This document shows positions 42,201 to 57,200 of a DNA stretch of 64,000 bases, one piece after another. The notes under the pieces were generated by a model. It ran no database searches. It was not told the DNA's origin and saw nothing but the letters and a program-made list of their open reading frames with translations. Numbering within the stretch: position 1 is the stretch's first letter; the number at the start of each line of letters is the position of its first letter. The position numbers and the translations under genes are program-made. This DNA comes from Phoronis australis (lineage: Eukaryota; Animalia; Phoronida): assembly GCA_002633005.1 (NCBI GenBank), contig NMRA01000474.1:124001-188000 (forward strand), in the 5' to 3' direction.

Positions 42201-45200
42201 CACACTTTAAGGCAAAAGCAACCATCCTAAACAAACAGCAGTGTCAATTAGAACATGTCACATTGCTAGTCTTAGCTTGTTCCTTATTGACTATGGAAAC
42301 ACACTACTACCGCCAGGGCCAGCAATTCCTTAGTCCTCGCCACTGATACTCATGAAGTCGAAGAAGGTGTCGGCATCAAAACCACAAGCTCCAACGTGAA
42401 CAGGGATCGAGAGCGTGAATGACCTCATCGGAAATCCAGGTCCAACTATCACACCCACGTCAAGCAGTAAGAGAACTAGACCCTTAGAACGACTGGAGAA
42501 ACGTCTGACAGTTATCAACTACATGATTTTTACAAAGTACCGTAAAATCTCACCAATTCAGGACACGATGAAATGCTATTTTCTCACTTTTTCATAAAAA
42601 TATGTATCATCGAATTGATGCTTAGCCATATTCAAAAGTTTGTTACCGTAGCTACTATCAGAATTTTTTCTTTTGAAAAATTGTGGCCAGTCACAACAAT
42701 GAAGACCTAGGAAAATTGTAACGGTAATTTTCACTTACTTTTGTCCAAATTGGGTGAGCTTCTACTGTAAACCTTCCTTGTCCAACCAATTTGTAGTTCT
42801 TGTTAGATTACGCAAGTGGACCAAAAGAGATTTAACACACAGCTCATAGTGGCACTTTCAGACATTAACGGTAACTTACCACGACCTCCAGCTGACCTTG
42901 GTACTCGGCGGCCATCACTTTCCATAAGATCGACCTACCAGACTGAAGCACAAGAGTCACGTGACTAGGTACACGCGTGCCGGGACCAGGCGTCACATGC
43001 ACCACTACTGGCTGGATATCGGTGCTAGCGACACGTTCGGCCGAGCTGACCTCCACAATGTGGACAACCCTGGAAACAGAACCCGCTTTTTAGTAACATG
43101 TTCAGTGCGTCTTTGTTTATTAGTGCTTGTTCACCTGATGCCTGTAATCATTATGGTATTTGTTAAAGCTAAAATACTGTCTGAGAAAAAAAGTTTTAGC
43201 ACGACGTTGAACGCCATTAGTCTGTTGTTAGTGTGAATCCATTTTTGCAGTTAAACAAAGGATTAAATGGACTCAAATAATTGTTTCTGCAACGCAAACC
43301 TTTCTATTTCAGCTTGAATTTAACATTTGAAATAACGCTACAAATGACTTTGAAACCCAACTGGTGTTCTGACCAATCACAGGGCGTGGAATCTTATCAC
43401 CTGTCATAGCATGCAAGAAAGGTTTTGGTTTTTGGATTCAGAGGCCCAAGCTAACAGTGTTGCGAGTCCAGCTAGATGACTTCACTTGATAATCAGAGCC
43501 TAGCTTACGAATTAAGCCGTCTGGGCCCACACTATTTTCGAAAATTGAAACTCGGCGTTTTTGATGAAAGAAAGCCAGAAACAATACAAACCTGTCTTTG
43601 GCATTGTGTGCCATATCACAGCCGTAAGGCGTTATGGGGGTCCGAAGTACAACGCTTCCTCCCACGCCACTATCTGAAGGTGTACAGTCGATGGGAAATG
43701 ACGAGTCTGAAATTGTGAAATGGGCCGAAACAAATAATACAATATCTATAAGATTTTAATGCTCACGAAATAAGTTGCTCAGTCCTATCATGAGGCTAAA
43801 AAAGCTTGTTCTGGTAAGACATGAAAACACGCTCACAACTACATCAGCTAATAGAACTTGCACTCACAGTTCACCTATTGGCAACAGAGGCATTGGCCAA
43901 GATTGGCTGCTTCTCATTTTCAAGGGATTTTTACACAGCTATGAAAGCCCATAAGTTTTGAAATATTGTCCAACTGCAGCTATGGTGCAGAACTGAACTT
44001 GAAAAAGTATTATCTTCGGAGCTGCGTTATCTTATGGAAAAATGGAACTCAAGCTCACTTATCTGGCATGCAGTGTCCAAGAAGCCCTAAATAGCTTCTC
44101 AATAAATAATTCAAGCAATTGTTTCCTAACAATAGAACGAGGTTCTTCTTTTAAATTGCGAGTTTACCATCCATGCATTCAACAAATGGAAACAGCAATA
44201 GTCACTTACAGAGGGGCTGCATATTGACAACCAGTTTTCTCTATTAAATAATGGGCAACAAACTGGTTCTCAAAATCTGGGACCCTTGCAAGCGGCTATT
44301 GCCAATAAAACCTCATGTACCGACAATAGATATATGAAACATATTTTAAGCTCCTGTGAACCTGTCTTCTGCTCAAAGAACTAAGTTTCGATTTAAAGCA
44401 ACACCCCCCCCCCCCCCCCCCCNCCCGCCCCTCTGAGTAGGACTTACCTGTCCCCACCATGAGGTTCACAACGTTGCCCTCTTTTGCATCCAGTACAGAC
44501 GTCACGCCACCATAGCGCCTGGTAGCCCATCGGATCAACCGGGTCATATTGTTACTTGGCAGCCGCTGTTTTGGGATCACGGCTGCTGCTAGATCGTTCT
44601 CGTTCACCAATGATTGACGCGGAACCTTAGAGAAGAGGGGGGTAATTATAACTAACTATCAACTTAGATAAGGAAATAATAGCTAACAGCTTGCACAGAA
44701 GTTGACGAAATTCACTGAAATTCATCTAACTTCATCAAAGTCACAGCGAAAATCGACAACGAAAGCGGGCTTAAGAATAAGATACACCAGACACTATACA
44801 TGGCCAGATGGAGATGACACCAACGTGCAGATAAGTGGTCGTAAGAAGTGGTTAAAATATGTTAAAACGATCATAAACTCGAATTTTGTTGAAGAAACTA
44901 AAGCATTGATTTAGACCGCATGCCACTTTGAAACAGATTTAAACCGTCTTGTTCTTTACTTTGGTGAGAAATGATTTTCGTCATGCAATTAATTAGCCAA
45001 CAAGCTGAACATCATCAGTAGACAAATAAAATGGCACGCCGTGACAGGTCAACTTATAGAGCCTGGGTATAATGACCTGCCAGTTCTTTCAAAGCCCTAT
45101 TTTAACTAAGAAACAATTTCAGACCAATTTCAAATCTTGTCTTAATAAAAAAATGTTTTTGTGACAGGAGGCAGGTTAATAGCTCTGTTAAATACAGCAA

Positions 45201-48200
45201 AAATTCTTTCGTTACAATCAAATGCACTATTTTCAAAACTTTATGAAAGGTCGTTGTTTGAAAATGACACTACCAAACCATATTTACTGTTTTACAACAC
45301 ACCAAGGCAATTAATCGCTAAAAAAGATTGACATACAACTGATGGGATGGCCCTAACAGAATACATGGCTTTTTAAACCAACAGGTCAGTTGAGATACAC
45401 TGTCTCATGATTTCTTTCAATACATCATGACAAGCAGTCACAGCATATGAAACCAGAGGGTGTTGCTGAATACCAGGAAGTTACGAAAATAGGCCCAACA
45501 TGGGTGTATTTTCGTAAAATTTTCCTAAAGTACACCCATACGCATATTTTCAGCAACCCGATAAGATTGTTATAAAACACATATGCATTATGTTCTGGTG
45601 TAAAAATTTGTTTGTTTTGACAAGACATTATGTTTTGGGGTCACATTGCAAACTAACGACCATCACTGTGACACTGTGGACAATAACAGTATAATCACAG
45701 CATGAAGGACAACTTTAACAATAACAGTACAACGACAGTTTGAAGGACAACTTAAATGCATTGTGTTTGCTAATGTGAAATAAGTTTGAATGGACAAATA
45801 AAATTCTTTCCAGAGAGATACGACTACATACATTAAAACGGCGTATCAATTTCAAAAAAAAACTAATGTCCGTTTAACAAAAAAACATACAAAAATGTCA
45901 AACCGATTCTTTATCAGTATAAACCAACAGTCCTTACAAAAGTACATTAGGACTGTTCACGTAAACATACAATGAATATAGTGTCCAGGGAATAGTTTAT
46001 GATAACAATTTGCTTTAAAACAGAACCATAAAATACTTGAAAACACCCCCAACCCTCCCTTTTCTGAAAAAAATGCTTAGAAGCATATGCAGATATTTTT
46101 GAAAGACTAGTCCAGTTTCCAAATGTTCGTCTAAGGACTTATTTTCGGTATGTGATATGAAACCAGTCCATGTTGATGAAGATGGAACCAGTCCATGTTG
46201 GTGAGTTTGAAACATTAGTCCACAGATTAACACTGGATTATAACTGACAAGTTTAACATTGGTGCTATCTTATCATTGATGCTCCTATTGAAATCATCCC
46301 AAATCAGCTGAGAGGTGAGCAACCTCTGACCACGACAGAATAGAGATAAATAAGAAATAATATTACAGCATTCACAAAACATGTTGTGGGAGGTCAAGGT
46401 CATACTTTGTGGTAACAATATCTATACTATACTAGACCTGTAAAAAAGAAAAAAACTTTGACCTAGACAACCTCGATGTATTCGTATTAAACATTCTGTT
46501 TTGGCCTACATTTCATACTACCTAGTAATATCTACTAAATGCAGGTTCACACGACAGGCTAAAATGCTAATTTTTTTCAAGGGGGGAAATGTCTGAGAAC
46601 CAACTTTTACTCGAAATTGAATTAAAACATATTTTGGCATTTCTTCAAAATAATGATCCATAGTTCAGTGCTTGAGCATAATAATGGATTACGCAAACCA
46701 CTGTGCAGTCTAAATTCACACTCGACGACCTCTAGATTCACACCAAAATTAGCGTAAAAATTAGATCTTGTAGCGCCCTCTAGTTTTTACACCAAACTTA
46801 AAGGGTAGTTTTCACCAATATTTTGCTTCATTTCCATCACGATTGCTTTAAAGCAAAATTTGATATCAAAGATTTACTCTCTGCGGTACGTTTAAAGTGG
46901 CAACTGAGCGGTCTAGAAACAAAAAGCGACAGCACGATTCATCACATATTTAGCGCGCAATACGACTTAGCCAGTGCTCAGCTCTTAAACAAAGCTGAAA
47001 GTCCATCAGAGAGCTTTTCGCCACTTGGTAAAATGGATGTAAATCTAAAGAATGCCAGGAAAATTCTTGTTCACTACGTAAGCACTAACCAAATAAAATT
47101 GCCTTAGCACATTTAGACAACTGCAAACGGTCACATTTCGTCTCTTTTTACCTTCCTCTAACAACAACGAATCAAATCATCTGCCATTCTCTACCCTTAA
47201 ATTCTGACCTTAATGACGTCATGAAGTGACCCAAATGCCAACCAATGAATGAGCTCAGTGAATGTTTTAGTGCATCAGTTCACCAGTAGGTTAAAAAAAT
47301 GCAAACAATGGAGTGACGAGCAAAAAGTAAAAAATCGAATCATCGAGTGAATAAGTTTATTCGGTCTTCATTTCGGTGCAGTTATATTTGTTGTATTATT
47401 TCTTAAAATTAATGTCTTCATGAGATCGCAGTTTCCATGCGGAGTAATGTTTTAAACGCATTTCGAGTGTGTTATGTATGGCACTTGATTCTGCACTTTC
47501 ACTGAGCGGACTTCCAAATCTATTTAAAGGTTGGTTTATGGACAAAAAATGGCAAACACATTGGAAATTCGTTTTGCCACAAAAATAAGCTATAAAATAG
47601 TTCTATTTAACCTTTCAACACCAAGTAACTGCCGGCCATTTTGTCTCAGAACCCTAAGTAACTTTGCCCGCAAAGGTTGAATTGAGGTGCTTGTTTTCAA
47701 AATTCTGTTGACACTCCATATATCATTGAATTTCAAAGTGTGATTCACCAAACTGTAAAGCACCGAATGAACTTTATCTACAATTTTCACCAAAATTAAA
47801 AAATCTTACTCTCTCAGGTGATGCAGGTAACACCTGTAACACAGGTGCTTGGTCGCCAATTTGCCAATTCAATGTATCTCTTGTAAATAAAAATGATTTA
47901 CGAGCAACAGTATATTGTCACTATTCTTCACTTCCATTTTCTTAATGCATAGTGTTGACTAAAGAGTGTTTACACAGGTTCACAAACAATTATCATCGGA
48001 AGCAGTTCCCGAGTTCTCAACCTCATGCCATGTTGTTTTTGTTGATCATTTACAGATGATAACATGTGATCCAACATATGTGTTCACCTGTAATAAGCTT
48101 ACTAATTTGCCTCAAGAGTAGTCAATGAAGCGCAAGTAACGTTTAATTAGAAAAAATGATTTCGGGACATAATTTCTCCCAACTCCCGAGTCAACAAAGA

Positions 48201-51200
48201 AGTGAGTACTGATTTCATACCAACAGAGACATTTTTGATCAAATTTCATATCTTCTTAAAGTATGTCATTATTATTTGTTGAATTAAGGAATTTGGGTGA
48301 GGAGTTACTTCTTTTCACAACTTGCTGTGTTCATGACCACAGAGGCATGAGGCGACTCGTAGCATTTGTTCTCAACAGTCGTATGCATGTAGATGTGCAA
48401 TTCCCTTGAAAACGAACGTTTTGTCTTCGTTTCCACGTACCGTTCTATCATATGTACACTTCGTTGACTCAATATTACGACGAGTCAGTGAATGAAAGGA
48501 CTGAGGGTACATACTGCTCTATACCTGGCAGGAGATTCAAGTTGAATGATAGCCCTGTAACCTTTGACCTCGGATAAGTAGTAAACAAATATCCACGCGG
48601 TAGTGCGTTTCCAAGGTGGTTCTGCTAAATCTTTTTTCTCACTACAAGGTAAATATTTTGAATTCGATGTTCCCCGAGAATGCAAATATGATATTTTGCT
48701 AGACACGTGAAATATTGTAAAATGGCCAATTTTTGTGAATAAGGTTTGAGAGAACCTTAAAGATGTCCGAGCTAACAAAATCATCTCTATTCCAGGGCTA
48801 AAAGTACGTTTGCAAGATACAACATACCGAGCATGTTGTTACCAAGTGTACACTTTATATTCGCCAAAACTGATTACATAACCTAGCTGTTTTAATTAAA
48901 AGAGTACTAACCGGCTTATTTGGAAAGTGGAGGCAGTTTACGACGTGTGCTCTGGATTCACCACACAGCACACTTGTGAATACTTTATCGATTTTAGTTG
49001 TTTTGAGTGCAATTACATAGATAATGGAAAAGCTGTTGCGAGCTCGATATTCATTTCATAAAAAACATTTGGCCTTCCCACATAAGTTTAACAAATCACG
49101 TGATGTACTGTACCATGTATAAATAAGGTGCGTGAATCTTGTTCTGAAACTTATCAGCAGCGTGTAAGGCGTGGCATAGACATACTTAACTTCATCAACA
49201 TCGAAACGCTCCGCTACCAGGTAGCCACCATAAATTTCAAATTCCTCTCCAGCACTCGCTACATTCCCAACCCCACTCCTCTTATGAGTTCTCCCACGTC
49301 CTCACCTCTGTTCTCCTCAAAATCAACTAAGGATCATTACTTCACAGTCAACAAATTACCCCCCCCCCCCCNNNNNNTTCCCCCCCCCCCCCACACGCTC
49401 TGATGATTCACTGCACAGAGTATAAAAGCTATTTAAGATGATATAATAAACTTTAGAACAGCAATTTGACTTGAGATCACCAAAAACATAATGCACTCAT
49501 TGTTCAACCAATATCTGTAATATTTGTTTGGTAAGCTTCTTGGCTGTTTTCGTAAATTTAGACATACAAGTTTTGGTCCAAGCAGTTTTTAGTAAAAAAA
49601 ACTCACAACAGGGGAGCTGTTTTTGTTAACTTAGATGTAAAAGCCTTGGTCTACACATTTTTTAATAAAATCCTCACTGAGTGCGTGGGGGGATTATTGG
49701 TAAAATGTGGTAGGGGTGAAGTAATGCACCACGGGAATCATGGACGCCCTGGAATATTGGGAAGCCTATTTTGGACACCCTATTTTCGAAATCCTGGATG
49801 AAGCCCTGGTTTGAACTTTGAACTCTGTAAGGGCTAGCATCTGTGATGTAAACCAGTCATACCTTAGTGTGCATTTTGGACAACTTTTCGATAAGGGTAT
49901 TGTTTGACAGGCCACACTGACAAATGTTGAGCTCAGACTGTAACAACTTACAACATCTGGTTTTTGTAAAAAGAACAGACCAAGGTGAAATGTCAGATTT
50001 TCTCATTCCGATTTCTTTACTACATGTTCCAAGGTCACTTTCCATAGTTTGGCTCCTAGAATAAATATACAGTTCTAGAATAAATATACAGTCCGATGCT
50101 TTGCAACAAAGCCTCTCTGTGACTTTTTAAAAAACTTGGTCTGTTGTTACCAAAGATTGTTGTAAGCAAATCAAATTGGAATACAACAGGAGTGGCAGGG
50201 GACTTGAGGAATTTCAACTAAAGGTTATTAATAATTTTCTTTGAACCCCCTCTGGCTGTATCGTATTACCTGGAATAATGGCTATGGCCTTATAGCATGG
50301 GCCATTTGTATTTTCAAGACAAAGTGCTCTGTATGCATAGACATTACATCAAGCGTACCCAGACAGAGAGTGTTTAGTGTTCGCTATTTCTGAATTTATG
50401 ACACGTGCCGTCTTCCTTTTTTATTTCTTTTTATTTTGTATTATTTATTCAATATTTATATAAAATGCTTTTTAGAGAAGTAATATTTCATAACCTTAGC
50501 TATTGCTTAAAATTTCGGTAATGACTTGTTGGTAAAAACAAGAAAGTGGCCTTATATCTGCATTACACTTAAATACAAGCCTTATAGTATGGGCCATTTG
50601 CATTTTTAAGTATTCTGGGAAAAATATTTGGGCCATATGGCCATGGCCTCATATTCAGGTATTATCAAGGTACATTTGTCCAGGAAAGTGTTCCGTAGGT
50701 CACGTTTGTTGCAAAAACGAGATCACGCAAGAACACACGAGTAAGGTCCACTTCCTGACCTTGCTCGCAAAACGGTGACCACAGAAGCAACTGGTTGGTG
50801 AGATTGGACTGTTGAATTGTGGGATAGCAGTCACACACTGTGGGATAAAATTTGTTTCTGTTGCATAAGCAAAGATTTTTCGATTCATGAGTGCCTGGGT
50901 CCACAGGCACTTGAGACTATCTATTCCTCAATCACCCCTGATGTCACTCAATACATAATTAGGTAATGAGTCATAACATCAGTTTGCCTGTGCCTGGGTC
51001 AAGGTAAGGCTACCCTGATCTAATATAGCTAAATAAAGATACCTGCATGTACTTAATGCATGAGTGCAGATACAATTATTGACTTTCAAGTGATGACCAG
51101 ATGATGGTACACAGTAAGTGGACTAGAAGGGTGCAATGTCGTAAAAGTGCACAAAGTTACAGCGTTAATGGGTGTAACCTGTGCTTAGAATGAATCATGA

Positions 51201-54200
51201 AGTGCCTGAATCGGTACTCGTGTACGACTACGCAATAGGGTCATACAACAAACATGAAAACACTACAGTAAAATCCCTCCAATTTCGAACAAAAAAAATC
51301 GCCAAAATTGATGGCATTTTAGTTTTAGTCGGGTCTCGAGGATTAATGAACTATTACTTATTCTCTAACCCACAAAATTCACTTCTAATCTGAGTAAGAA
51401 ACAAATTAGAACTAGTGGACTGAACAAAATGTATTTTTAGAATGGGTGGCTTTGCAGCACTGATAACTATTGCACATGAAGTGCAAATCGCTGGAGGTAG
51501 ATCCAAATGGCAGTTCAGGTGAATTCCAGCCCGTCTTAAAAAGTTTGCTTCAAAAACTTAATGCATCGTACCCGCTGATTCTCGAGTTTATTCATTTAAG
51601 TGTCATGTACGATAACCCCAATAAATCATTCAGTTATTTGAAAACATGGTTTCAACTGTTAACCTTTCAATTAGAGTCACAATCTATTGTTTATGTCAGA
51701 ATCTAATCAATTTTACCACATTACATTAGATTTGGCAATTTACGGCCATAATTTGAGAGTAAAGTCAGAGTCATCAATATCTCACTTTTGAGGCTAATAT
51801 CGGACCCATGCATCTATGTAATTTTTCAAAAATCACACAAAATTCCCCTCGTCAGGTCGTTGCCGCCCTCTCATGTGAGCGAGGGCCGTGAACAAGCGCA
51901 GCGTTTTACTTAGTGGCCAAACTTGGTTCTGTACACACGGGAATCCCCAATGCCGAAAGCAAAACGTGACTTTTTCCAATGTACTCAACTCAACACATTG
52001 CCAACGACATAGGTCATGACACTTTCAGAACAAGTTACGTAGTAACTGAGTATTCACTAGGCAGTTAAAACTGAATACCACAGCAAGTTTTCTAATGACT
52101 GTTATCGGGCAATCCAAACCGAATTCCACTGGAGGAAAATTAGCAGGCTGGCAGGCCTGGGTCAGATACATGATGCACTCAAATGACTGCTGCAGAAATA
52201 ACAAACAGTTTGTTTCTTTTAACAACTGGGGAGGTCGTAACAGGCAGAGTAGAGAAATTACAAAGATTTTTATTCCAGATGGTGATTGCCACTGATAGTG
52301 TACATATCCCCAGAAATTTAGCAGGTCCCGTAATGGAATCTATCTATAGCCTAGCCAGTTTTTCTTGCAGCGCCACCTTCAGGTAGGGCCCAATGCCCAG
52401 GTGTTGCATAGAGTCATTGGGTATAGCAAAGGGAGATAGCCATTCGCTTTCACCATAAAGTAGACTTCTTGATTTCTTGAAACACTAGTTTGTTGAATGA
52501 AAATAACATTTGGATTGAACTTCAGAACTCTGTCATTTACGTCATCCGAGATAACAAGATTCACAAGCCTCAATAGCACACCCAGTGACACTGCGAACAC
52601 AAGGGCACACACAAAGGTCTGTGCAGGGGTGTGTAAACGCTCCTCAACACATAGGGGATGAGTAAAATATCAGTTTGACGAAATTGTCTTGTCGACAAAA
52701 TCAAGTATTTAGACGTTAATTAAGTATGCAATGACTGGTTTAAGCTATCAGCATGTGTCTGTACGCTTAATGACTGCTTCAACAAACTGACTAAAATGGT
52801 AACGTTTTCACTTCATTAGTAGCGAAAACGCCAATTATGTGAAGCCAGTAATGTGAAGCCAGTAATGTGAAGCCAGTAATGTGAAGCCAGTTATATGAAG
52901 CTAGCTATGTGAATGATTACAAGTGCCATATTTGCTGGCTGTTTGCTGGCAGCTGGAGTCACGCCATGCAAATTTATAGTCAAGGGATACAAACACGGGG
53001 GAGGACTGTCTTAATCGTTGCGCAAATCAATTTATCGCAAAGAGTAGACAAGTTTTGAGATCAATTTTCACTTTAAAAGTGATTTGAGTGGTGAAGAAAT
53101 AGGCTAACTGCTGGCACAAGTGACCTCATCGCAGACAGAATATCGGACTGGCTCAAATGCTAGGTGAACCCAGTGAAAAACAACCCATTCCAAAAATGGC
53201 AACTTGTGACTCACTGAGGCTAACGAGGCAGTCACATAAACCATAACAACACACAATACTTTCCGGATCATTACACAACAATTTCTTTATGACTGACATT
53301 CAACACCAATGCATGCATACTGATGCCCCCATGGAATTCTGATACCCTTATTTCCTGATAAAGAGAGCGAAGTGACAGAGAGTAGGCGTGCAAAGTTGAC
53401 TAAAGCCGACACTTTTGCGAGTTCATATTAACACTAACGCGAGATTACATGAGACTTAACGATGACATCACGGGAAGTGGGTCAAAAGCTTGTCATTTGG
53501 CCATTTGCCCATTATGGTAGCAGAGTGTATTCTGTTATTTTCTTCGAGTTTTTAGCCGTTTCGTTCGAAAAATGCCAAACAAGCATTGCTGTTATGGCAA
53601 ATGAAATTCAGATTCGCACTACAATACGTTCTGTACTAATTTCGTCCCGTGTATTTTAAACGGGCGGTAGGCGAAATACGCTCACTGATTAAGTTTTCAC
53701 CTCGTCAAAAATACATTCTACAACTAAAATTATCACCTAAAAAGGCGCTTACCTTCTTCAGTGATTCTTTCTGCTTCTAAACATATCTTCGATGAAGCCT
53801 AGCTATGGGAATTCAGGTGACTTTAGCGAAGAATTCCAACTCCACTTTGTGGTTACTGTTAAATTTGACCGCGGGCACGATAACCACAAAGTATTTCAAC
53901 TGAGTCAGGTGAGTATGAGGCAAAGGCTAGCGCGAGACTGAGCGAAGCACGAGACCTGGCGCGTGACACTTGCAAAATAGCATGAGAAAATATCAAGTGA
54001 AATTTGTAAGACTTGTGTCCCTTGGACTTTTTGTTCGTCAACAGCCGTGATTTCACGGAACTTCCTCAAAATGGCGCCCAGTGAGAGAGAGAAAGTCTGG
54101 CGAACCGCGAGGTTTCCATGGATATGTTCAAGTTATTTGTAGACAAAATTGTGTCCAGAGTTAGGGTATGTGTTAATTATAACTCCATGTGCACACATGC

Positions 54201-57200
54201 ATGTTTCATTTGATTTTATTTGCTCTATTTTGAAGTGAGTAACTTTTTATGGGGATACACTATCGCCCCTGTCTGCCTGCAGCATTCAGGCCTAGACCAG
54301 GCTGAGTTCCAATTTCAGTCCGTTCACAGCTTCGCACAACACAACAAGTTCACATTTTCTTCGTCCATTCAAAGTTATTCCAAAATCCATCCACCATCTC
54401 TTAAGTTGTGTTAACGTTTTAAGCGTAAAATTCACCATAAGAACTCCAGTACTCCAGTAAGATTTAACGTGTGTAGCAAAGACTCTGTGCAAAACAAGAG
54501 CAATATGGCCGGTTTTGCCCCTCTTCCAGTGACATCACATTGACTGACGAGAAACTCGCAAGTGAGCTATTGTGTTCTGTTTGTGACATCACACCACTAG
54601 GAAGTGCTGGGTGCAGAACATCAAAGTTACACAGCCCAAAAAAAAACAGCATAGTTGCACCCCAACTCATTTTAAAACCGGTGGCTCCCTAATTTAAAAG
54701 AAATAAACACCCGCCTGCGTTAATTTTAGCAAACCTCTTGATTTTTTTCAAAAGTATCCAAACCAGCTTGAAGTGAACCATCCATGCCTAAAATGGACTG
54801 CGGTGAAAATTTCTCAAAATTAAATATCTTACTCAAGGTTGGAACTTGTCTCAATTTCTAAAAATAGGCCACATTGGCCGTCCCAAATTCAGGAAATAAG
54901 GGAAGACACCAGAATTACCAACTCAGTAGACTGGACACCCGCTGTTCAAAATTTGAGAAATAAGGCCAAAATCACCTTCGTCAAAAATTCCAGAATGAAG
55001 GAAAATTTATGCAAGAATTTCCGGTGTCTTTCCAAATTGGGGAAATTATACAGTAATTGATTTAACATTGGTTGCAGCCACTGCCGCAAATGAATAATCA
55101 CCAAAGTCGCACACTTTTTGACTCAGGAAAAATATTTAGTCTTTAACAGGACACTGGCATTTTACTTTCCAAACAGTACGCAAAACACATAATGATATCA
55201 GAACTTCCGGGGTCAACATTTTTTTTACAAAATAGTAAAAAAAAATGCTTGCACCAAATACAGCCCACATTGTCTGACCAGAAAACACAACTTTCCCACC
55301 AGAGGATGTCAATCTTTGATAGCTTGCACCTTCCGGTTGTAGTGACAACTTTTACCGGGTTCAAACCCAGTTCACAGAGATGAACTCTGATGAACATTTT
55401 GACATATCGCAACCTCTGAGCTAGTTTTTTTATGAAAACAACTTGAACATTGGACTGTATGATGGAATCACTTGTTTGTCTTAAGCACATTTTTTATTCC
55501 AACGGTTGAGTTTGCACTAGAGCATGTTCCACTCAAAAGACCATGCCTTAATGTTTTCAGGAGTGTCCGTCGGTGTGAAAGCTTAATCCCGTCTAAAATT
55601 GATGTTAAAATCTCAAAAGGGTAAAAGCTGATGAACTGCAAACTCCAGTAACAGTATTTTACTACTAAAGTGAAATTGTACCAATTAAAAACATAACACA
55701 GCGAAAAAAAAAATTATTTCAATTTTTCATGAAAGATATGCGGCCCCGAATGTATGATTTGTCTTGTAAATCCTGTATGAAATTTACTATCAGACAATGT
55801 TTTGAGAAATTATGAGGAACTGAAACAGTGTTAAAAACCTTTGAAAATTGATAAAAGATTACTTCTGTCTGAAAATGGTGGGAGTTTACAGTGTTTCAAT
55901 GAATGGTTTTCAATATAATATCGTTCCAACAAATATATTGGCATGTGTGAAAGAAATATCTTATCTGTTGTAAAATTAAACTGAAATAAACGTTTTCATG
56001 AATAAAGTCAAAATAATGATAAAAAAGATGAAAAAGAGGAAACTGGAAATCACATATCAGGAAATCGACACAAAAAAGAGGAAATCCTCTAAAAAGAGGA
56101 AAATTCCAAGCCCTGAATATCACTATTGAGCACCTGGCAGTTTTGTGACAATTTCTAGAATTTGTGACGATTTCTAGAATTTGTGACGATTTCTAGAATT
56201 TGAGATACAAGGTAAATCCTGCAAAAACTGAATTTTCTTGATTCTGAAATTTGGGATAAGCACAATATTTCTCAAATTTCGGACGTGTTTTCAATCTACA
56301 GAGTGGTTAATTTTGTTGTCTTTCTGGCCATTCTTGAATTTCAGATGAGCAAAATAAGGCCAATAATGAATATTTCTAGTTACAACCTTGAGCAAAATAA
56401 AGCCAATAATGTATATTTCTAGTTACAACCTTGAGCAAAATAAGGCCAATAATGTACATTTCTAGTTACAACCTTGAGCAAAATAAGGCCAATAACGTAT
56501 ATTTCTAGTTACAACCTTGAGCAAAATAATTAACTGGAGAATTTTTACCTTAACGTAGAAAAATCATATCTCAGAAACGGCTGATGGAATTCATATGAAA
56601 CTCATACACTATGGTTTATCCACTCTTCTCCAGGATGCTATTTGGTGGAATTGTTTTTAAAGTGCTCCACTTTGGCACAAGGGGCTACTAAAATGAGAGT
56701 TTTACAATTTTCGAGACAAAAATCCAAAGTTGCCTCAAATGAAAACAAAGTTATTTCCAAAAATTATTAAGAATGTTTTTGAAAATACGTCTTGTAAATC
56801 TGTAACAATGATATTTGGTCGAGTTATTGATACCATTGATTTGCTATCGATGTGCCTTTCTTTTATGTTAAATTTTACCAAAAAGACATGATCACGTGAC
56901 TGAACTAATGACAGGTTATAAAAAGTCAAATCAAATTCTTAAGGCGAGCCGCTTTCTGAAAAAAATTTTCACCGCGTTAAAAAGCATAGTTTTGTAGGTA
57001 ATTAGCTAAATACAAAGACATGTTGATAACTTAACCCCACTTGTGTGGTCTCTTCTTTGCAAACAACAGCCAGTAAGAAATCAACTTTTGCATAAAAATG
57101 CGATTAAATGGAAAACTGCTATTGCTTTTTTACGATACCAAACGCGTCTACGCAAAATGCCTTGCGGTTATTGGGTTTGTGGTATTGTTCATTGACCTCA

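Larger units (their letters stand above)
54815..56560. mobile_element. Putative foldback element with long diverged inverted arms (~54820-54965 and ~56265-56400); a related fragment lies at ~28540-28670
   Basis: ggccgtcccaaattcaggaa...aattaccaactcagtagactg...aaatttgagaaa is approximately the reverse complement of tttctcaaatttc...caatctacagagtggttaatt...cttgaatttc and of 28551-28612. Boundaries are approximate. Confidence 0.45.

Noticed and set aside
42330-42597. Coding-looking ORFs on both strands in a TGFBR3 intron
   Set aside because: The flanking exons join in phase without it, both readings contain stops, and I recognise no family. It may be an old repeat fragment.
37822-44627. Two AAG acceptors in TGFBR3 (37822-37823 and 44626-44627) considered as non-canonical splicing
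   Set aside because: AAG is a less frequent but ordinary U2-type acceptor; no GC-AG or AT-AC introns were needed in any gene model.
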